This document shows positions 46,619 to 57,738 of a stretch of 64,000 nt of DNA, in pieces. The notes beneath the pieces were generated by a model. It worked only from the letters and a program-made list of their open reading frames with translations. It was not told the origin of the DNA and searched no databases. Numbering within the stretch: position 1 is the first letter of the stretch; each line of letters begins with the position of its first letter. The stretch covers positions 770 to 64,769 of the forward strand of contig JAFXTY010000041.1 of the NCBI GenBank assembly GCA_017535435.1, given 5' to 3'. This stretch comes from Spirochaetia bacterium. GTDB taxonomy: Bacteria > Spirochaetota > Spirochaetia > CADAEX01. Both the position numbers and the translations under genes were made by a program.

Positions 46619-47585
46619 GCTTTTGATTTATCAGACATATGCCATAATAATCGGATTCATCATCGACTTTTTCGTGGGAGACCCTCATGCCATACCTCAT
46701 CCTGTTGTGGCAATCGGGAAACTGATTTCTTTCCTGGATAAAAAGCTGCGCATCGGTGGCGGTGACAGGAGAGATATCCTACGGGGGACCTGGACTGTCC
46801 TTATTGCAGCTGTTGTCTCAACTGCTGTCCCTTCAACCATTCTCTTTGCAATGTGGAAGCTTCATCCCTTTGCTTATCTTGCTGTCAGCAGCATAATGTG
46901 TGCTCAGATTATTGCTGCACGGGAGCTGGTGAGGGAGTGTGCTGCTGTGGAAAGGGCTGTGGAGAAAGGTGACTTGGAAGGAGCACGGAAAGCTGTTTCC
47001 TATGTTGTGGGGCGGGATACAGAGGCTTTGGATAAGGAAGGCATATGCCGGGCAGCTGTGGAGACTATTGCCGAGAATGGATCAGATGGTGTGATTGCTC
47101 CTCTTTTCTGGATGTTCTTATTCGGAGCACCTGGCGGTTTCTTTTATAAAGCTGTGAACACAATGGATTCCATGCTGGGCTATAAGAACGAGAAGTATCT
47201 CTATTTCGGACGGGCCGCTGCCAGAACTGATGATGTGGTGAATTTCATCCCCTCACGGATCAGCGCTTTTCTTATGATTATCTCCTGTCCTCTATGCCAT
47301 CTGGATGGTAAAGAGGCTTTCAGAATATTCCGCCGGGACCGCTTTAAGCACACAAGTCCCAATGCGGCTCAGACTGAATCTGTTTTTGCAGGTGCCCTTA
47401 ATGTGCGTTTGAACGGACCTGCTTTTTATGGAGGAATCCTCCATGAGAAAGAATATCTGGGGGATGATGCACGGCCTATTGAAAGTGCTGATATCAGCAG
47501 GGCAGGGAACCTTATGTATACTGCTTCGTGCATGATGCTGATTTTCGGTGTCCTTATAAGAATGGGAGTGATACTATGCTTATAA
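46611..47585 (+). CDS. cbiB: adenosylcobinamide-phosphate synthase
   Basis: CobD/CbiB membrane protein. GDPHAIPHPVVAIGKLISFLDKKLR. Confidence 0.8.
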   Translation: MAELLIYQTYAIIIGFIIDFFVGDPHAIPHPVVAIGKLISFLDKKLRIGGGDRRDILRGTWTVLIAAVVSTAVPSTILFAMWKLHPFAYLAVSSIMCAQIIAARELVRECAAVERAVEKGDLEGARKAVSYVVGRDTEALDKEGICRAAVETIAENGSDGVIAPLFWMFLFGAPGGFFYKAVNTMDSMLGYKNEKYLYFGRAAARTDDVVNFIPSRISAFLMIISCPLCHLDGKEAFRIFRRDRFKHTSPNAAQTESVFAGALNVRLNGPAFYGGILHEKEYLGDDARPIESADISRAGNLMYTASCMMLIFGVLIRMGVILCL

Positions 47586-48613
47586 ATGAAAAGAATCCCC
47601 ATGGCGGCGATATTTACACTCACAGGGGTATGCTGGATTTTTCGGCAAATATCAATCCCTTCGGTATTCCTGATGCAATAAAAAATGCAGCAATGGATGC
47701 AATAGGCGATTGCACCGCTTATCCGGACCCTTATTGCCGCATACTTAGAAAACGGATCTCGGGGCATGAAGGAATACCTGAAGGATGGATTCTCTGCGGC
47801 AACGGCGCTGCAGACCTGATTTATTCCTTTGCCTATTCTCTGCCGGCTGATAAGCCTGCCTTGATTGTCTCTCCCGCTTTCAGCGAGTATCAGGCAGCAC
47901 TTTCTGCAGCCGGAATCCAGGTTGAGCATTTCATGCTTGATGAGCGGAAAGGCTTTGTCCTTGACGACAGCATTTTAAATATAAATTTTTCCAGGTACAG
48001 CGCGCTGTTTGTATGCACTCCAAACAACCCCACAGGAATAACTGTCAGGCCGGAGCTCCTTATTAAGCTGGCAGAGACTGGTGTCAGGCTGTTCTGTGAT
48101 ATGTGCTTTATGGATATGACAGCATCGCCAGATAGATATGATTTACCAGGTATGCTGAAGAAATATCCAGATCTTGTCATCCTTAAGGCTTTTACCAAAA
48201 GCTTTGCTGTTCCTGGCTTGCGGCTTGGTTATGCCCTTTGCTCCGATGGGGAATTCCTTGCTGAAATGTCAGAGAAATCCCCATGCTGGAATGTCTCAAT
48301 TCCGGCGCAGAAAGCTGGATGTGCGGCCCTGGACTGCAAAAAATGGCTCTCCGATACAGTAAAAGCTATAGCCAGAGAGCGTGAAAGGGTAGCTGTTGCA
48401 CTGCATTCCATGGGGATAAAAGTGTTTCCAGGAGAAGCTAATTATCTCCTTCTCTATTCGGAGAAAGATCTGTACAGCAGTCTGCTGGAAAAAGGTATTC
48501 TAGTCCGTGACTGCTCAAATTATAAAGGACTGAGAAAAGGTTATATCCGTATTGCCATCCGGAAGGCCGAGGAAGATGACAGACTTTTGTCAGCCATGAA
48601 AGAGGTTCTATGA
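47576..48613 (+). CDS. cobD: threonine-phosphate decarboxylase (class-II aminotransferase fold)
   Basis: HisC-like PLP enzyme ([16 protein letters not shown]) placed between cbiB and cobQ as in cobalamin operons. The ATG at 47576 overlaps the cbiB stop. Confidence 0.65.
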   Translation: MLINEKNPHGGDIYTHRGMLDFSANINPFGIPDAIKNAAMDAIGDCTAYPDPYCRILRKRISGHEGIPEGWILCGNGAADLIYSFAYSLPADKPALIVSPAFSEYQAALSAAGIQVEHFMLDERKGFVLDDSILNINFSRYSALFVCTPNNPTGITVRPELLIKLAETGVRLFCDMCFMDMTASPDRYDLPGMLKKYPDLVILKAFTKSFAVPGLRLGYALCSDGEFLAEMSEKSPCWNVSIPAQKAGCAALDCKKWLSDTVKAIARERERVAVALHSMGIKVFPGEANYLLLYSEKDLYSSLLEKGILVRDCSNYKGLRKGYIRIAIRKAEEDDRLLSAMKEVL

Positions 48614-50061
48614 TGAGCAGAGCTAAACCGATTATGATCCAGGGAACAATGTCCAACGCAGGAAAAAGCTTGCTCTGTGCGGCACTATGCCGTATTTTCA
48701 GACAGGATGGTTACCGTGTGGTTCCTTTCAAATCCCAGAATATGGCCCTTAACTCCTTTATCACAGAAGAAGGCCTTGAGATGGGGAGAGCTCAGGTGGT
48801 GCAGGCCGAGGCAGCTGGAGTCAAACCCTCTGTCCTTATGAATCCTGTTCTGCTCAAGCCCACTACAGATGTGGGTTCCCAGGTTATCGTGAACGGCGAG
48901 GTCCGATCCAACATGAGTGCTGTTGAATATTTCAAATATAAGAAACAGCTGATTCCTGAGATAATGAAGGCATATGATAAGCTGGCATCTGAAAATGATA
49001 TCATTGTGATAGAAGGGGCTGGCAGTCCTGCGGAGATCAACCTGAAAGATGATGATATTGTCAACATGGGATTGGCAAAGATGGTTGATGCACCGGTGCT
49101 GCTGGTGGGGGACATAGACCGGGGAGGAGTCTTTGCTCAGCTGTACGGAACGTTGGCACTGCTGGAACCGGAGGAGAGGACTATGGTCAAGGCTACTGTC
49201 ATCAATAAATTCCGTGGGGATGTCTCTATTCTCGCTCCAGGGCTTGATTCGCTCTATAATCTTGTCAAAATCCCATGTGCAGGTGTCATTCCCTATGTGA
49301 ATATAGATATTGATGATGAGGACAGCCTTAGTGAGCGGTTGTCCTCAAAGAAACGGAAAGAGATTGATATTGCTGTTATCGCACTTCCACGTATATCAAA
49401 TTTCACTGATTTCTCTCCATTTGAACGTTTTTCCGGTGTTTCGCTCCGTTATATCAGGAATGCTGCAGAACTGGGCAGCCCCGATATGATCATCATCCCA
49501 GGGACCAAATCCACAATTTCTGATCTTAAGTGGATGCGGCAGAAGGGCCTTGAGGCAGAAGTGCTTAAGGCAGCCTCGCGGGGAACTCCTGTCTTCGGTA
49601 TCTGCGGAGGTCTGCAGATGCTGGGTAAATCAATATCTGACCCCTTTGGTTCCGAGGGTGGTGGAGAAATTTCCGGCTTGGGACTTCTTGATATTGAGAC
49701 TGTGTTCGGCAAGGATAAGACCCGCACTCAGGTGGAAGGCAGTTTTTCTGGTATATCAGGAATATTTGCCCACCTTGAAGGAATAAAATACAGAGGATAT
49801 GAAATCCATATGGGGCAGAGCGGCGATAAGGGTGCTGTCCTGCAGAATGGTAATATCTACGGCAGCTATATCCATGGGCTGTTTGACGAGGCTGGTATTG
49901 CAGATGAAATTGTCAGGGCGCTGTATAAAAAACGCAATCTGGTATTTGATGAAAACGCAGTGTTCGACCAGCATGCTTATAAGGAAGAGCAGTATGACAG
50001 GCTTGCCGGCACAGTACGCTCTGCTTTGGATATGAGTCTTATTTATTCGCTATTGAAGTAA
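48610..50061 (+). CDS. cobQ: cobyric acid synthase
   Basis: [14 protein letters not shown]-loop. C-terminal GATase domain with [10 protein letters not shown]. Confidence 0.8.
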   Translation: MMSRAKPIMIQGTMSNAGKSLLCAALCRIFRQDGYRVVPFKSQNMALNSFITEEGLEMGRAQVVQAEAAGVKPSVLMNPVLLKPTTDVGSQVIVNGEVRSNMSAVEYFKYKKQLIPEIMKAYDKLASENDIIVIEGAGSPAEINLKDDDIVNMGLAKMVDAPVLLVGDIDRGGVFAQLYGTLALLEPEERTMVKATVINKFRGDVSILAPGLDSLYNLVKIPCAGVIPYVNIDIDDEDSLSERLSSKKRKEIDIAVIALPRISNFTDFSPFERFSGVSLRYIRNAAELGSPDMIIIPGTKSTISDLKWMRQKGLEAEVLKAASRGTPVFGICGGLQMLGKSISDPFGSEGGGEISGLGLLDIETVFGKDKTRTQVEGSFSGISGIFAHLEGIKYRGYEIHMGQSGDKGAVLQNGNIYGSYIHGLFDEAGIADEIVRALYKKRNLVFDENAVFDQHAYKEEQYDRLAGTVRSALDMSLIYSLLK

Positions 50062-50064
50062 TAA

Positions 50065-51516
50065 TTATCTTCTCCACAGGTGGTGTGTGAAAAGAATCAT
50101 CACAGGGTAGATCTCGAGACGTCCTGTAAGCATATTGAAGCTCAGGAGCCATTTGACATAATCTGCAAAGAATGAATAGTTCCCGGTGGGCCCTATCATG
50201 GAGAAGCCAGGTCCTACATTACCTATTGTGGATGCGGAGCATGAGAAGCAGGTCAGGAGGTCATAGCCGCCAGTTGCGGTCACCAGCGAGGTTATGATGG
50301 TAAGAATTATGTACAGAGCGACGAATCCGGCGATACTGAGAATAGTATTCCGACGCACCACCATGTCGCTGTCCTTTATCATGTAGATGCCCCGGGGCCG
50401 GAGCATTCTCTTCATCTCTATCACGCTCTGCTTGACTATCATGATCATTCGGATAACTTTCATACCACCTGCAGTGGAGCCTGCACATCCCCCCGAGAAC
50501 ATAAGGAGGAATATCACCATCTGAGACAGCATTGGCCATTTCATATAGTCGCAGTTTGCAAAGCCGGTTGTGCTCAATGTGGCTGCAACCTCGAAGCTGC
50601 CGAAGCGCAGGGCTTCACCGAAAGTCTCGACATGATTTCTCATGAGGTTTATGACTATAATAGCTGTGCAGACCAAGAAAATTCCTGTGTAGACCTTGAG
50701 TTCTGTGTTCTGCTTTATGACAGAAATCTTGCCGAATATCAGGCTGAAGTAAAGAGCAAAGTTGATGCCGCTTAGGAACATGAATGCGGTGATTATTGCA
50801 TCAACATATACAGAGTTGAAGGATGCCACGCTGGCGTTGCGGGTGGAGAAGCCTCCGGTGGCAATGGTGGACATGGAGTGGGACAATGCGTCATACAGCG
50901 TAAGTCCGGCGGCACTTAAAAGAATTGTCTCAATAATTGTGAGCCCGAAATAAATACCCCACAGGATCTTGGCGGTCTGAGCAATCTTGGGCATTATCTT
51001 CTGCATTGTAGGACCTGTGGTCTCGGTCTTCACCATCTTCATACCACCTATTCCCATGAGGGGGAATATGGCAACCATGAATACAACTATTCCCATACCG
51101 CCCATATAGTGGGTCATGGCACGCCAAAACAGCATGCACTTAGGCAGTGCTTCTATATCAGCAAGTATAGAGGCACCACAGCCTGTGAAACCTGACATGG
51201 TCTCAAAGAATGCATCGGTATACGAAGGTATGGAACCGGAAAGGAAATAAGGCATTGAACCGGATATAGTAGAAACCAGCCACAGTATGGCCACTGTTAT
51301 GAAGCCATCCTTTATAGACAGGTTCTGCTGCTTGCGCCTACGGCTCAAGAGGAGCATTATTGTTGCCAGGACAAGGCTGATCACCTGCGGTATTACAAAA
51401 TATGTGATCATATCATACTCGCCGAACCAGAGTGCCCAGCCTATGGATGGAATCTCTGCCATGGCTATTATGATGAGTACCATTGCGATGACTTTAAGGA
51501 TAAGCTTTGAGTTCAT
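50065..51516 (-). CDS. trkH: TrkH-family potassium uptake protein
   Basis: Repeated MPM motifs and GFxxxG selectivity-like sequences (TGFANCD, GNVGPG). Confidence 0.75.
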   Translation of the reverse strand: MNSKLILKVIAMVLIIIAMAEIPSIGWALWFGEYDMITYFVIPQVISLVLATIMLLLSRRRKQQNLSIKDGFITVAILWLVSTISGSMPYFLSGSIPSYTDAFFETMSGFTGCGASILADIEALPKCMLFWRAMTHYMGGMGIVVFMVAIFPLMGIGGMKMVKTETTGPTMQKIMPKIAQTAKILWGIYFGLTIIETILLSAAGLTLYDALSHSMSTIATGGFSTRNASVASFNSVYVDAIITAFMFLSGINFALYFSLIFGKISVIKQNTELKVYTGIFLVCTAIIVINLMRNHVETFGEALRFGSFEVAATLSTTGFANCDYMKWPMLSQMVIFLLMFSGGCAGSTAGGMKVIRMIMIVKQSVIEMKRMLRPRGIYMIKDSDMVVRRNTILSIAGFVALYIILTIITSLVTATGGYDLLTCFSCSASTIGNVGPGFSMIGPTGNYSFFADYVKWLLSFNMLTGRLEIYPVMILFTHHLWRR

Positions 51517-52914
51517 TTATTCAAATATCTTCTGCACCCTGTCGATGTTGTCCTTCTTGACCATCATGATTATATTGTCACCTTTCTTTATCTCATAATT
51601 ACCGTTGGGGAGAATGTCCTGGTCACCGCTCTTTACAGAGAGAATCAGGGACTGAGGCGGGAATGTCATCTCCTTCACAAGAAGTCCTGCCGCCATACTG
51701 GTCTCCGGCACCTGCAGCTGAATCACCTCTATGTCGCTCTCGGGAATTGCATAGGAATTCTTCAGGTTGCGGCGGCGCATGAAACGCAGGATACCCTGCA
51801 GGGTACTGTAGTTAAGGCTTATAGGAACATCTATGCCCAGGTTTGTGGCTACATTCAGGTAACTGGTCTTCTTTACCAGTGCCAGTGCCTTCTTGACTCC
51901 CAATGACTTGGCATAGACTGCCGATACAATGTTCAGCTCCTGGTTCTCGGTGGCTGCCATTATAAGGTCGCCATCTGTGAGTCCCTCATCCTCAAGCACG
52001 TTGTCATCCGAGATATCCTCATTTAATATAAGGGCCTCCGGGAACCGTGCCGCCAGCTCCTTGCACCGCTTGTAGTCCCGGTCAATAATTGCGATATTCT
52101 TCTTGCCGAGAGGTTTCTGGAACAGATTCCAAAAATGCTTCTTATGGGTGCTTATCTCTCCCTTGTCATAGAAGTGCTGACATACATATGCTGAAATATC
52201 GTTTCCACCCACAATTATCATCTTGTTGAGGTTTATCCGCTCTTTCCCGACCTGAGCCAGAACCTTGGAAAGGTCTTCCTCGTTGCCCATGAGGTAGAGG
52301 AGATCTCCCTCCTGAATCAGGGTGTCACCTTTTGGAATGGTATATTGTCCATCCTGATAGATAAGGGCTACCAGAACTCTGGCTGCAAGAACAGTGTGGA
52401 GGTCTTTCACCAGCTTGCCGGCAAATACGCTGTCCTCTGGAACCGGAACAGTACGGATCTGAAGGCTTGTGTTCTCGAACAGCATTATATCGCCGGTGGC
52501 ACCGTGCTCAATCTTGGAGATGATCTCCTTTGCCGCCTCCAGCTCCGGGTTCACGATATAGTCGATTCCCAGGAAGGATTTCTCCAGAAGCGAAGTGTGT
52601 GTGAAGGTGATATTGTGCACGCTGGCGATTTTGTTGGGGGTGTTGAATTCCCTGTTCACCAGGCCGCAGGCAATCATGTTGCGCTCATCAGACCCTGTCA
52701 GGCTGATGAAATAATCAGCTTTTGAGACCCCGGCATCCCGCAGGTTGTCAGGATCAAGTCCATCCTTGTTGATGACCAGGCAGTCCAGGGAGTTGGATGC
52801 AATGTTGGCTTTTTCCATATCCTGCTCGAACATGATGACATTCATATTCTCTGCAATAAGTGTCTTTGCAAGACGGGTTCCGACTCGGTCTGCCCCTACG
52901 ATAACTACTGTCAT
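51517..52914 (-). CDS. trkA: Trk system potassium transporter TrkA (tandem RCK/NAD-binding domains)
   Basis: MTVVIVGADRVGTRLA and IIVGGNDISAYV are two Rossmann GxGxxG motifs with TrkA-C domains. Confidence 0.75.
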   Translation of the reverse strand: MTVVIVGADRVGTRLAKTLIAENMNVIMFEQDMEKANIASNSLDCLVINKDGLDPDNLRDAGVSKADYFISLTGSDERNMIACGLVNREFNTPNKIASVHNITFTHTSLLEKSFLGIDYIVNPELEAAKEIISKIEHGATGDIMLFENTSLQIRTVPVPEDSVFAGKLVKDLHTVLAARVLVALIYQDGQYTIPKGDTLIQEGDLLYLMGNEEDLSKVLAQVGKERINLNKMIIVGGNDISAYVCQHFYDKGEISTHKKHFWNLFQKPLGKKNIAIIDRDYKRCKELAARFPEALILNEDISDDNVLEDEGLTDGDLIMAATENQELNIVSAVYAKSLGVKKALALVKKTSYLNVATNLGIDVPISLNYSTLQGILRFMRRRNLKNSYAIPESDIEVIQLQVPETSMAAGLLVKEMTFPPQSLILSVKSGDQDILPNGNYEIKKGDNIIMMVKKDNIDRVQKIFE

Positions 52915-52995
52915 AATAATTTATTTTATAATATGTAAAAGAGGGTGTCAATGTTTTCCAAAAGCCCTGTCTTTCCTTACATATAAAAATAAAAG

Positions 52996-53024
52996 TTGCC
53001 AAAAACAGGTTCTCCCCTTACAAT
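52996..53024 (+). promoter_or_regulatory. promoter TTGCCA-N17-TACAAT upstream of asrA
   Basis: ttgccaaaaacaggttctccccttacaat. AAGGAGG RBS at 53047. Confidence 0.4.
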
Positions 53025-53059
53025 GGTACAAATAGGATATTTCAAATAAGGAGGTCCTG

Positions 53060-54073
53060 ATGGGCTATGTATTGTCTAGGGAAGCATTTGCTGCCGTGAT
53101 AGCCGACCTTTCTAAGAATTACAGGATATTTGCACCTGTAAGAAAGGAAGGGGCAGGAAGATTTACGGATGTTGATGCTGTTATTTATGATTATGTGTGC
53201 GATTCTGAAAAGATTGAACTGGAGGCAAAGTCAGATTATGCTTCCAAGGAATTCCTTACACCTTTATCCGAAACACTTCTCTATTTTACAGAAAATGAAG
53301 TAAAGGAATCTGATCTTGATACAAGACCAGTCCTTGTCTTTGGAAGGAGCTGTGACATTAACTCCCTGAAAAGGCTGGATCAGATATATCTTGATAACGG
53401 GCTTGCAAAGGATCCTTTCTATAAAAGACGCAGAGACCTTGTAAAGTATGTTCTTATCGGCTGTGGTCATTCCTATGACAACTGCTTCTGCGTATCAATG
53501 GAATCAAATAAGTGCGATGATGGATATGTGTTCTCAATAGATCTTGTTGAAGATAATATTCAATCAAATGTACCTGACAAGGATTTTGATAAATATTTTG
53601 CACAGCATTGTAATGATAAAAAAGATGTAGCGCCAAGATATGTCAAAGAAAATGAAGTGAAGGTTGCAGTACCAGATTCTGTTCCGCTTAGTGTAATTAC
53701 CGATGCTCTCTGGGATGAATACACCACCCGGTGCATCAACTGCGGCCGTTGTAACTATGTATGTCCAACCTGCACCTGTTACACAATGCAGGATGTTTTC
53801 TATTCAGACAATGGAAAAGTGGGTGAGAGGCGAAGAGTTGGTGCTTCCTGTATGGTAGATGGTTATACCGATGTGGCAGGCGGCGGCCAGTACAGGCGCA
53901 AGAACGGCGAAAGGATGCGGTTTAAAGTCCTTCATAAGATTTCTGATTTCAAGAAGAGATTCGGATATCACATGTGTGTAGGCTGCGGACGGTGCGATGA
54001 CATATGTCCTGAATACATTTCTTTCAGCAATATAATTGGCAAGGTTTATCAGGCATCAAAGGAGGTGAAGTAA
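53060..54073 (+). CDS. asrA: anaerobic sulfite reductase subunit A
   Basis: AsrA-like, with ferredoxin-type cysteine clusters CINCGRCNYVCPTC and CVGCGRCDDICP. Confidence 0.75.
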   Translation: MGYVLSREAFAAVIADLSKNYRIFAPVRKEGAGRFTDVDAVIYDYVCDSEKIELEAKSDYASKEFLTPLSETLLYFTENEVKESDLDTRPVLVFGRSCDINSLKRLDQIYLDNGLAKDPFYKRRRDLVKYVLIGCGHSYDNCFCVSMESNKCDDGYVFSIDLVEDNIQSNVPDKDFDKYFAQHCNDKKDVAPRYVKENEVKVAVPDSVPLSVITDALWDEYTTRCINCGRCNYVCPTCTCYTMQDVFYSDNGKVGERRRVGASCMVDGYTDVAGGGQYRRKNGERMRFKVLHKISDFKKRFGYHMCVGCGRCDDICPEYISFSNIIGKVYQASKEVK

Positions 54074-54867
54074 TGACAAATAATAATCCTTATCTTCCTT
54101 TTGCGTCAGACATACTTGATGTAATAAAACATACAGAAAAAGAGTATACTTTCCGGATGGCGTTCAAAGGAGATGTCAAGCCTGGACAGTTCTTTGAGGT
54201 TTCTATTCCTAAATATGGCGAGGCCCCAATTTCTGTAAGTGGTATAGGAGATGGCTATATAGACCTTACAATAAGAAAGGTTGGCCGTGTAACTAATGAA
54301 GTTTTCGAAAGATACAAGGGACAGTCGCTCCTGCTCAGAGGTCCATACGGCAATGGCTTTGATGTTGATCTATACCGAAATGGAGAAGTAGTAGTTGTTG
54401 CAGGAGGAACTGGAGTATCACCTGTAAGAGGCGTAATCCAGGCCTTGAGCCAGATGCCAGATGCGACAGATAAATATGTCATTGCCGGGTTTAAATCTCC
54501 TGCTGACATGCTGTTTAAAGATGACCTGAAGGAATGGGAGAAAAAGCTTAAGCTTACACTTACTGTAGATGGTGCGCCAGAAGGATATACCGGAAATATA
54601 GGGCTTGTTACAAAGTTCATTGAAGGTCTACCTCTGAAGAACCCAGCCGAGGCAAAAGCTGTTGTGGTAGGGCCTCCTCCAATGATGAAGTTCACCATCA
54701 TAGAGCTTAAGAAGAAAGGCTTTAAAGATTCCAACATAACTGTATCCCACGAACGCAAGATGTGCTGCGGTCTTGGAAAATGCGGTCACTGCAGGGTCAA
54801 CGATACATACATCTGCCTCGACGGCCCTGTATTTAACTATGAATTTGCCAAGAATTTCGTAGACTGA
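54073..54867 (+). CDS. asrB: anaerobic sulfite reductase subunit B (FAD/NAD-binding, [2Fe-2S])
   Basis: FNR-like domain GGTGVSPV. C-terminal C..C...C cluster CCGLGKCGHC. Confidence 0.75.
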   Translation: MTNNNPYLPFASDILDVIKHTEKEYTFRMAFKGDVKPGQFFEVSIPKYGEAPISVSGIGDGYIDLTIRKVGRVTNEVFERYKGQSLLLRGPYGNGFDVDLYRNGEVVVVAGGTGVSPVRGVIQALSQMPDATDKYVIAGFKSPADMLFKDDLKEWEKKLKLTLTVDGAPEGYTGNIGLVTKFIEGLPLKNPAEAKAVVVGPPPMMKFTIIELKKKGFKDSNITVSHERKMCCGLGKCGHCRVNDTYICLDGPVFNYEFAKNFVD

Positions 54868-54881
54868 GAAAGGAGATTAAA

Positions 54882-55868
54882 ATGGGTAAACTTGATATAA
54901 ATGTTGGAAAACTGAAGAAAAATGCATTCCGTTACTCAAAGGTCCGTGGCGAGACAGCTTCCAGAATAAGAATTCCCGGTGGAGTCATAGACTCAAAATC
55001 CATGGGCAGAGTGGTGGAGATTGCAGAAAAATATGGTACTGGAGTTATAAACATAACTAACAGGCAGGGAATAGAGATTCCTGGAATAAAGCTTACAGAC
55101 ATGGAAAAGGTCAATGCCGAAGTTCAGTTGATTATAGATTCCCTCAGAATTAATCAGCCGGAAAAAGGGAAAGGATATCCATCCTCAGGAACCAGAAATG
55201 TCATTGCATGTCCCGGTGCCAGACTGTGTCCTTTCGGCTGCTACGATACAACTGCCTTTGCCCAGAAGATGGAGAACAATATCTTTCCAAACGACAGGCA
55301 TGTGAAAATAGCTTTCACAGGATGTTCCAACGACTGTGCCAAGGTAAGGATGGCAGACTTCGGAATTATAGGTATGACCGAGCCTCAGTACAATAAGGAC
55401 AGATGTGTTGCCTGCAAGGCTTGTATTAATTTCTGCAAGCGGCGTTCTGTAGGTGCCCTTGAACTAGTGAATGGCAAAGTTGTCAGAGATACAGATAAAT
55501 GCATCGGGTGCGGAGTCTGTGTCGCATACTGTCCTACCAGAGCCTGGACCCGGAGCCGGGAGCATTACTTCAGACTGGTTATTATGGGAAGAACCGGAAA
55601 GAAGAATCCACGGCTGGCCGAGGACTTTATCAAATGGGCAGACGAAGAGAGCATCCTCAAGATGGTCAAGAACACCTATGCCTACATTGAGGAATACATA
55701 GATCCAAATGCAGTTGAACATAAGGAACACATAGGTTATATAGTGGACAGAACCGGTTTCGAAGAATTCAAGAAATGGCTGTTCGAAGGAGTTAACCTTG
55801 GTCCTAAGGCAGAGGTGAACCAGCGGGTTTATTGGGGAGGTCGTCATTACGACAAATATGGCGGCTGA
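54882..55868 (+). CDS. asrC: anaerobic sulfite reductase subunit C (siroheme/[4Fe-4S])
   Basis: Nitrite/sulfite reductase ferredoxin-like half domain. CVACKACINFC and CIGCGVCVAYCP. Confidence 0.75.
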   Translation: MGKLDINVGKLKKNAFRYSKVRGETASRIRIPGGVIDSKSMGRVVEIAEKYGTGVINITNRQGIEIPGIKLTDMEKVNAEVQLIIDSLRINQPEKGKGYPSSGTRNVIACPGARLCPFGCYDTTAFAQKMENNIFPNDRHVKIAFTGCSNDCAKVRMADFGIIGMTEPQYNKDRCVACKACINFCKRRSVGALELVNGKVVRDTDKCIGCGVCVAYCPTRAWTRSREHYFRLVIMGRTGKKNPRLAEDFIKWADEESILKMVKNTYAYIEEYIDPNAVEHKEHIGYIVDRTGFEEFKKWLFEGVNLGPKAEVNQRVYWGGRHYDKYGG

Positions 55869-56760
55869 AAAGTCCATATTTTTTGCATTCATAGCATCAA
55901 TCATCAGTGCAGCCATTATTCTAGGTGGCTGCACTAAAATTAATAAGAAGGTTGAGAAAGCCTATGAATCGGAAAAAACTGGCTATAACAGTGTTGTCTC
56001 TCTATCCAGGTCTGTAAGTGATATATGGCTTCTTGCCGGAGGAAAGCTAAAGGGGACTACTTATGATGCTATGGATCTTGATGGCATATCGGAGGATACT
56101 GTCAGCATAGGTTCTCCACTCAGTCCCAGCACCGAGGCTGTAATAGCCCTTAAACCTGATCTTATACTGATATCTCCCGTCTTGGCTGCCCACCGGGAAA
56201 TGGCATCGCGTCTGGAAGGGTTAGGCACCCATGTGGAAGCTGTAGACATAGAGAGTTTCCAGGATTATTCAGATACTCTCTTACGTTTTACAAAGATTAC
56301 CGGGAGAGATGACCTGTATGAGAAAAATGCCCTGGAAGTCCAGAAGCGTATTGATGGGATTCTTTCTTCATTTAACTCTTCTGTCACCAAGGGGAAAAGC
56401 TATCTATGTCTCAGGGTGTCTGCTACAAAGAACAAGGCACTTAAGAAAGATAACTTTGCCTGCAGCATCATAGATTCTTTCGGGCTTAAAAATATTGCCG
56501 ACGACAGCAGCTCTATGTCAGACCTTAATCTGGAGGCTGTTGCCATTGCAGACCCTGATTACATTTTTATTATTTTCCAGGGCAAAGAAGCAGAGGCTGC
56601 CAATGTTTATGACGATGTATTCAAAGGACAGGCTGCCTGGAGAAAGCTGTCAGCTGTGCAGAATGGAAGAGTAGTGGTTCTGCCAAAGAATCTTTTCCAT
56701 TTCAAACCGAATGCTAAATGGGATGAGGCATACAGATACATTTATGAGATATTTGAGTAA
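55858..56760 (+). CDS. ABC transporter substrate-binding lipoprotein (BtuF/FecB-like)
   Basis: ILGGC lipobox. PBP type-2 fold (DLILIS..). Confidence 0.6.
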   Translation: MAAEKSIFFAFIASIISAAIILGGCTKINKKVEKAYESEKTGYNSVVSLSRSVSDIWLLAGGKLKGTTYDAMDLDGISEDTVSIGSPLSPSTEAVIALKPDLILISPVLAAHREMASRLEGLGTHVEAVDIESFQDYSDTLLRFTKITGRDDLYEKNALEVQKRIDGILSSFNSSVTKGKSYLCLRVSATKNKALKKDNFACSIIDSFGLKNIADDSSSMSDLNLEAVAIADPDYIFIIFQGKEAEAANVYDDVFKGQAAWRKLSAVQNGRVVVLPKNLFHFKPNAKWDEAYRYIYEIFE

Positions 56761-57736
56761 AATGAGTCTTGCTCTGGCTGGAATCGCAGCTCTCCTGTCT
56801 CTGGCAGCAGCTTCCCTGTTATATGGAAATAGCTCGGTTGATACATCAACACTGTTCAGCGCATTTTTTGATAAGCAGAATGCAGATCAGACAATAAGTA
56901 TGATTCTTTATGATATCAGGCTGCCTAGGGTTCTTGCTGCTGTTGTATGCGGCGCAGGGCTTTCTATTTCTGGTCTTCTGCTTCAGGAGGCCCTTGGGAA
57001 CAACCTGGCTTCTCCAAGCGTAATGGGAGTGACTAACGGGGCAGGTCTGTTTGTCCTTATTTCCGCAATCCTGTTTGGAAACTCTGTTATTGCAAAAAGC
57101 TTCATGGCTTTTATAGGGGCTCTGCTGACAATTACCGTAGTATTTGCTATCTCAAGATATGCAGGAAGTGCCAAGAGCACCCTTGTTCTTTCCGGTGTGG
57201 CAGCATCAGCTCTAATGAGTGCAGGCATAAACCTGATAGTGGTTATGAAACCAGACACAGTTTATGATAAAATGGCATTTCAACTTGGTTCTCTTTCCAA
57301 TGTCCATAAGGATATATTGGCTGTCTCGGCAGTTCTTATATTTGTTTCTATTATCATCACCGTCATCTTATCAAAAGGCATAGAGCTTTTCCCACTGGGG
57401 GATGATGTGGCTCATGAACTTGGAATGCCGGTCAGGAGATACAGGGTCATTGCACTGTTTCTTTCGGTTCTGTTTGCAGCTGCATCGGTCAGCGTATGCG
57501 GTCTTATAAGCTTTGTAGGGCTTATAGTTCCAAATCTTATAAGACAGATCAGCAGATCCAGTTTTGCTGATAAATTGCTGCTGAGTGCTGTATGGGGAAT
57601 TAACCTTATCCTTGCAGGAGATCTGCTGGCAAAAAATATCATGTACCCCTATGAATTACCTGTAGGAATGCTGATTTCACTTCTTGGTGCTCCATTCTTT
57701 ATAATAATGATTGCTAAGAAGCGGATGAGGGGATAA
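56744..57736 (+). CDS. FecCD-family ABC permease
   Basis: BtuC-like TM architecture. Start uncertain: ATGs at 56711, 56744 and 56762 are all in frame. Confidence 0.65.
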   Translation: MRYLSKMSLALAGIAALLSLAAASLLYGNSSVDTSTLFSAFFDKQNADQTISMILYDIRLPRVLAAVVCGAGLSISGLLLQEALGNNLASPSVMGVTNGAGLFVLISAILFGNSVIAKSFMAFIGALLTITVVFAISRYAGSAKSTLVLSGVAASALMSAGINLIVVMKPDTVYDKMAFQLGSLSNVHKDILAVSAVLIFVSIIITVILSKGIELFPLGDDVAHELGMPVRRYRVIALFLSVLFAAASVSVCGLISFVGLIVPNLIRQISRSSFADKLLLSAVWGINLILAGDLLAKNIMYPYELPVGMLISLLGAPFFIIMIAKKRMRG

Positions 57737-57738
57737 GC

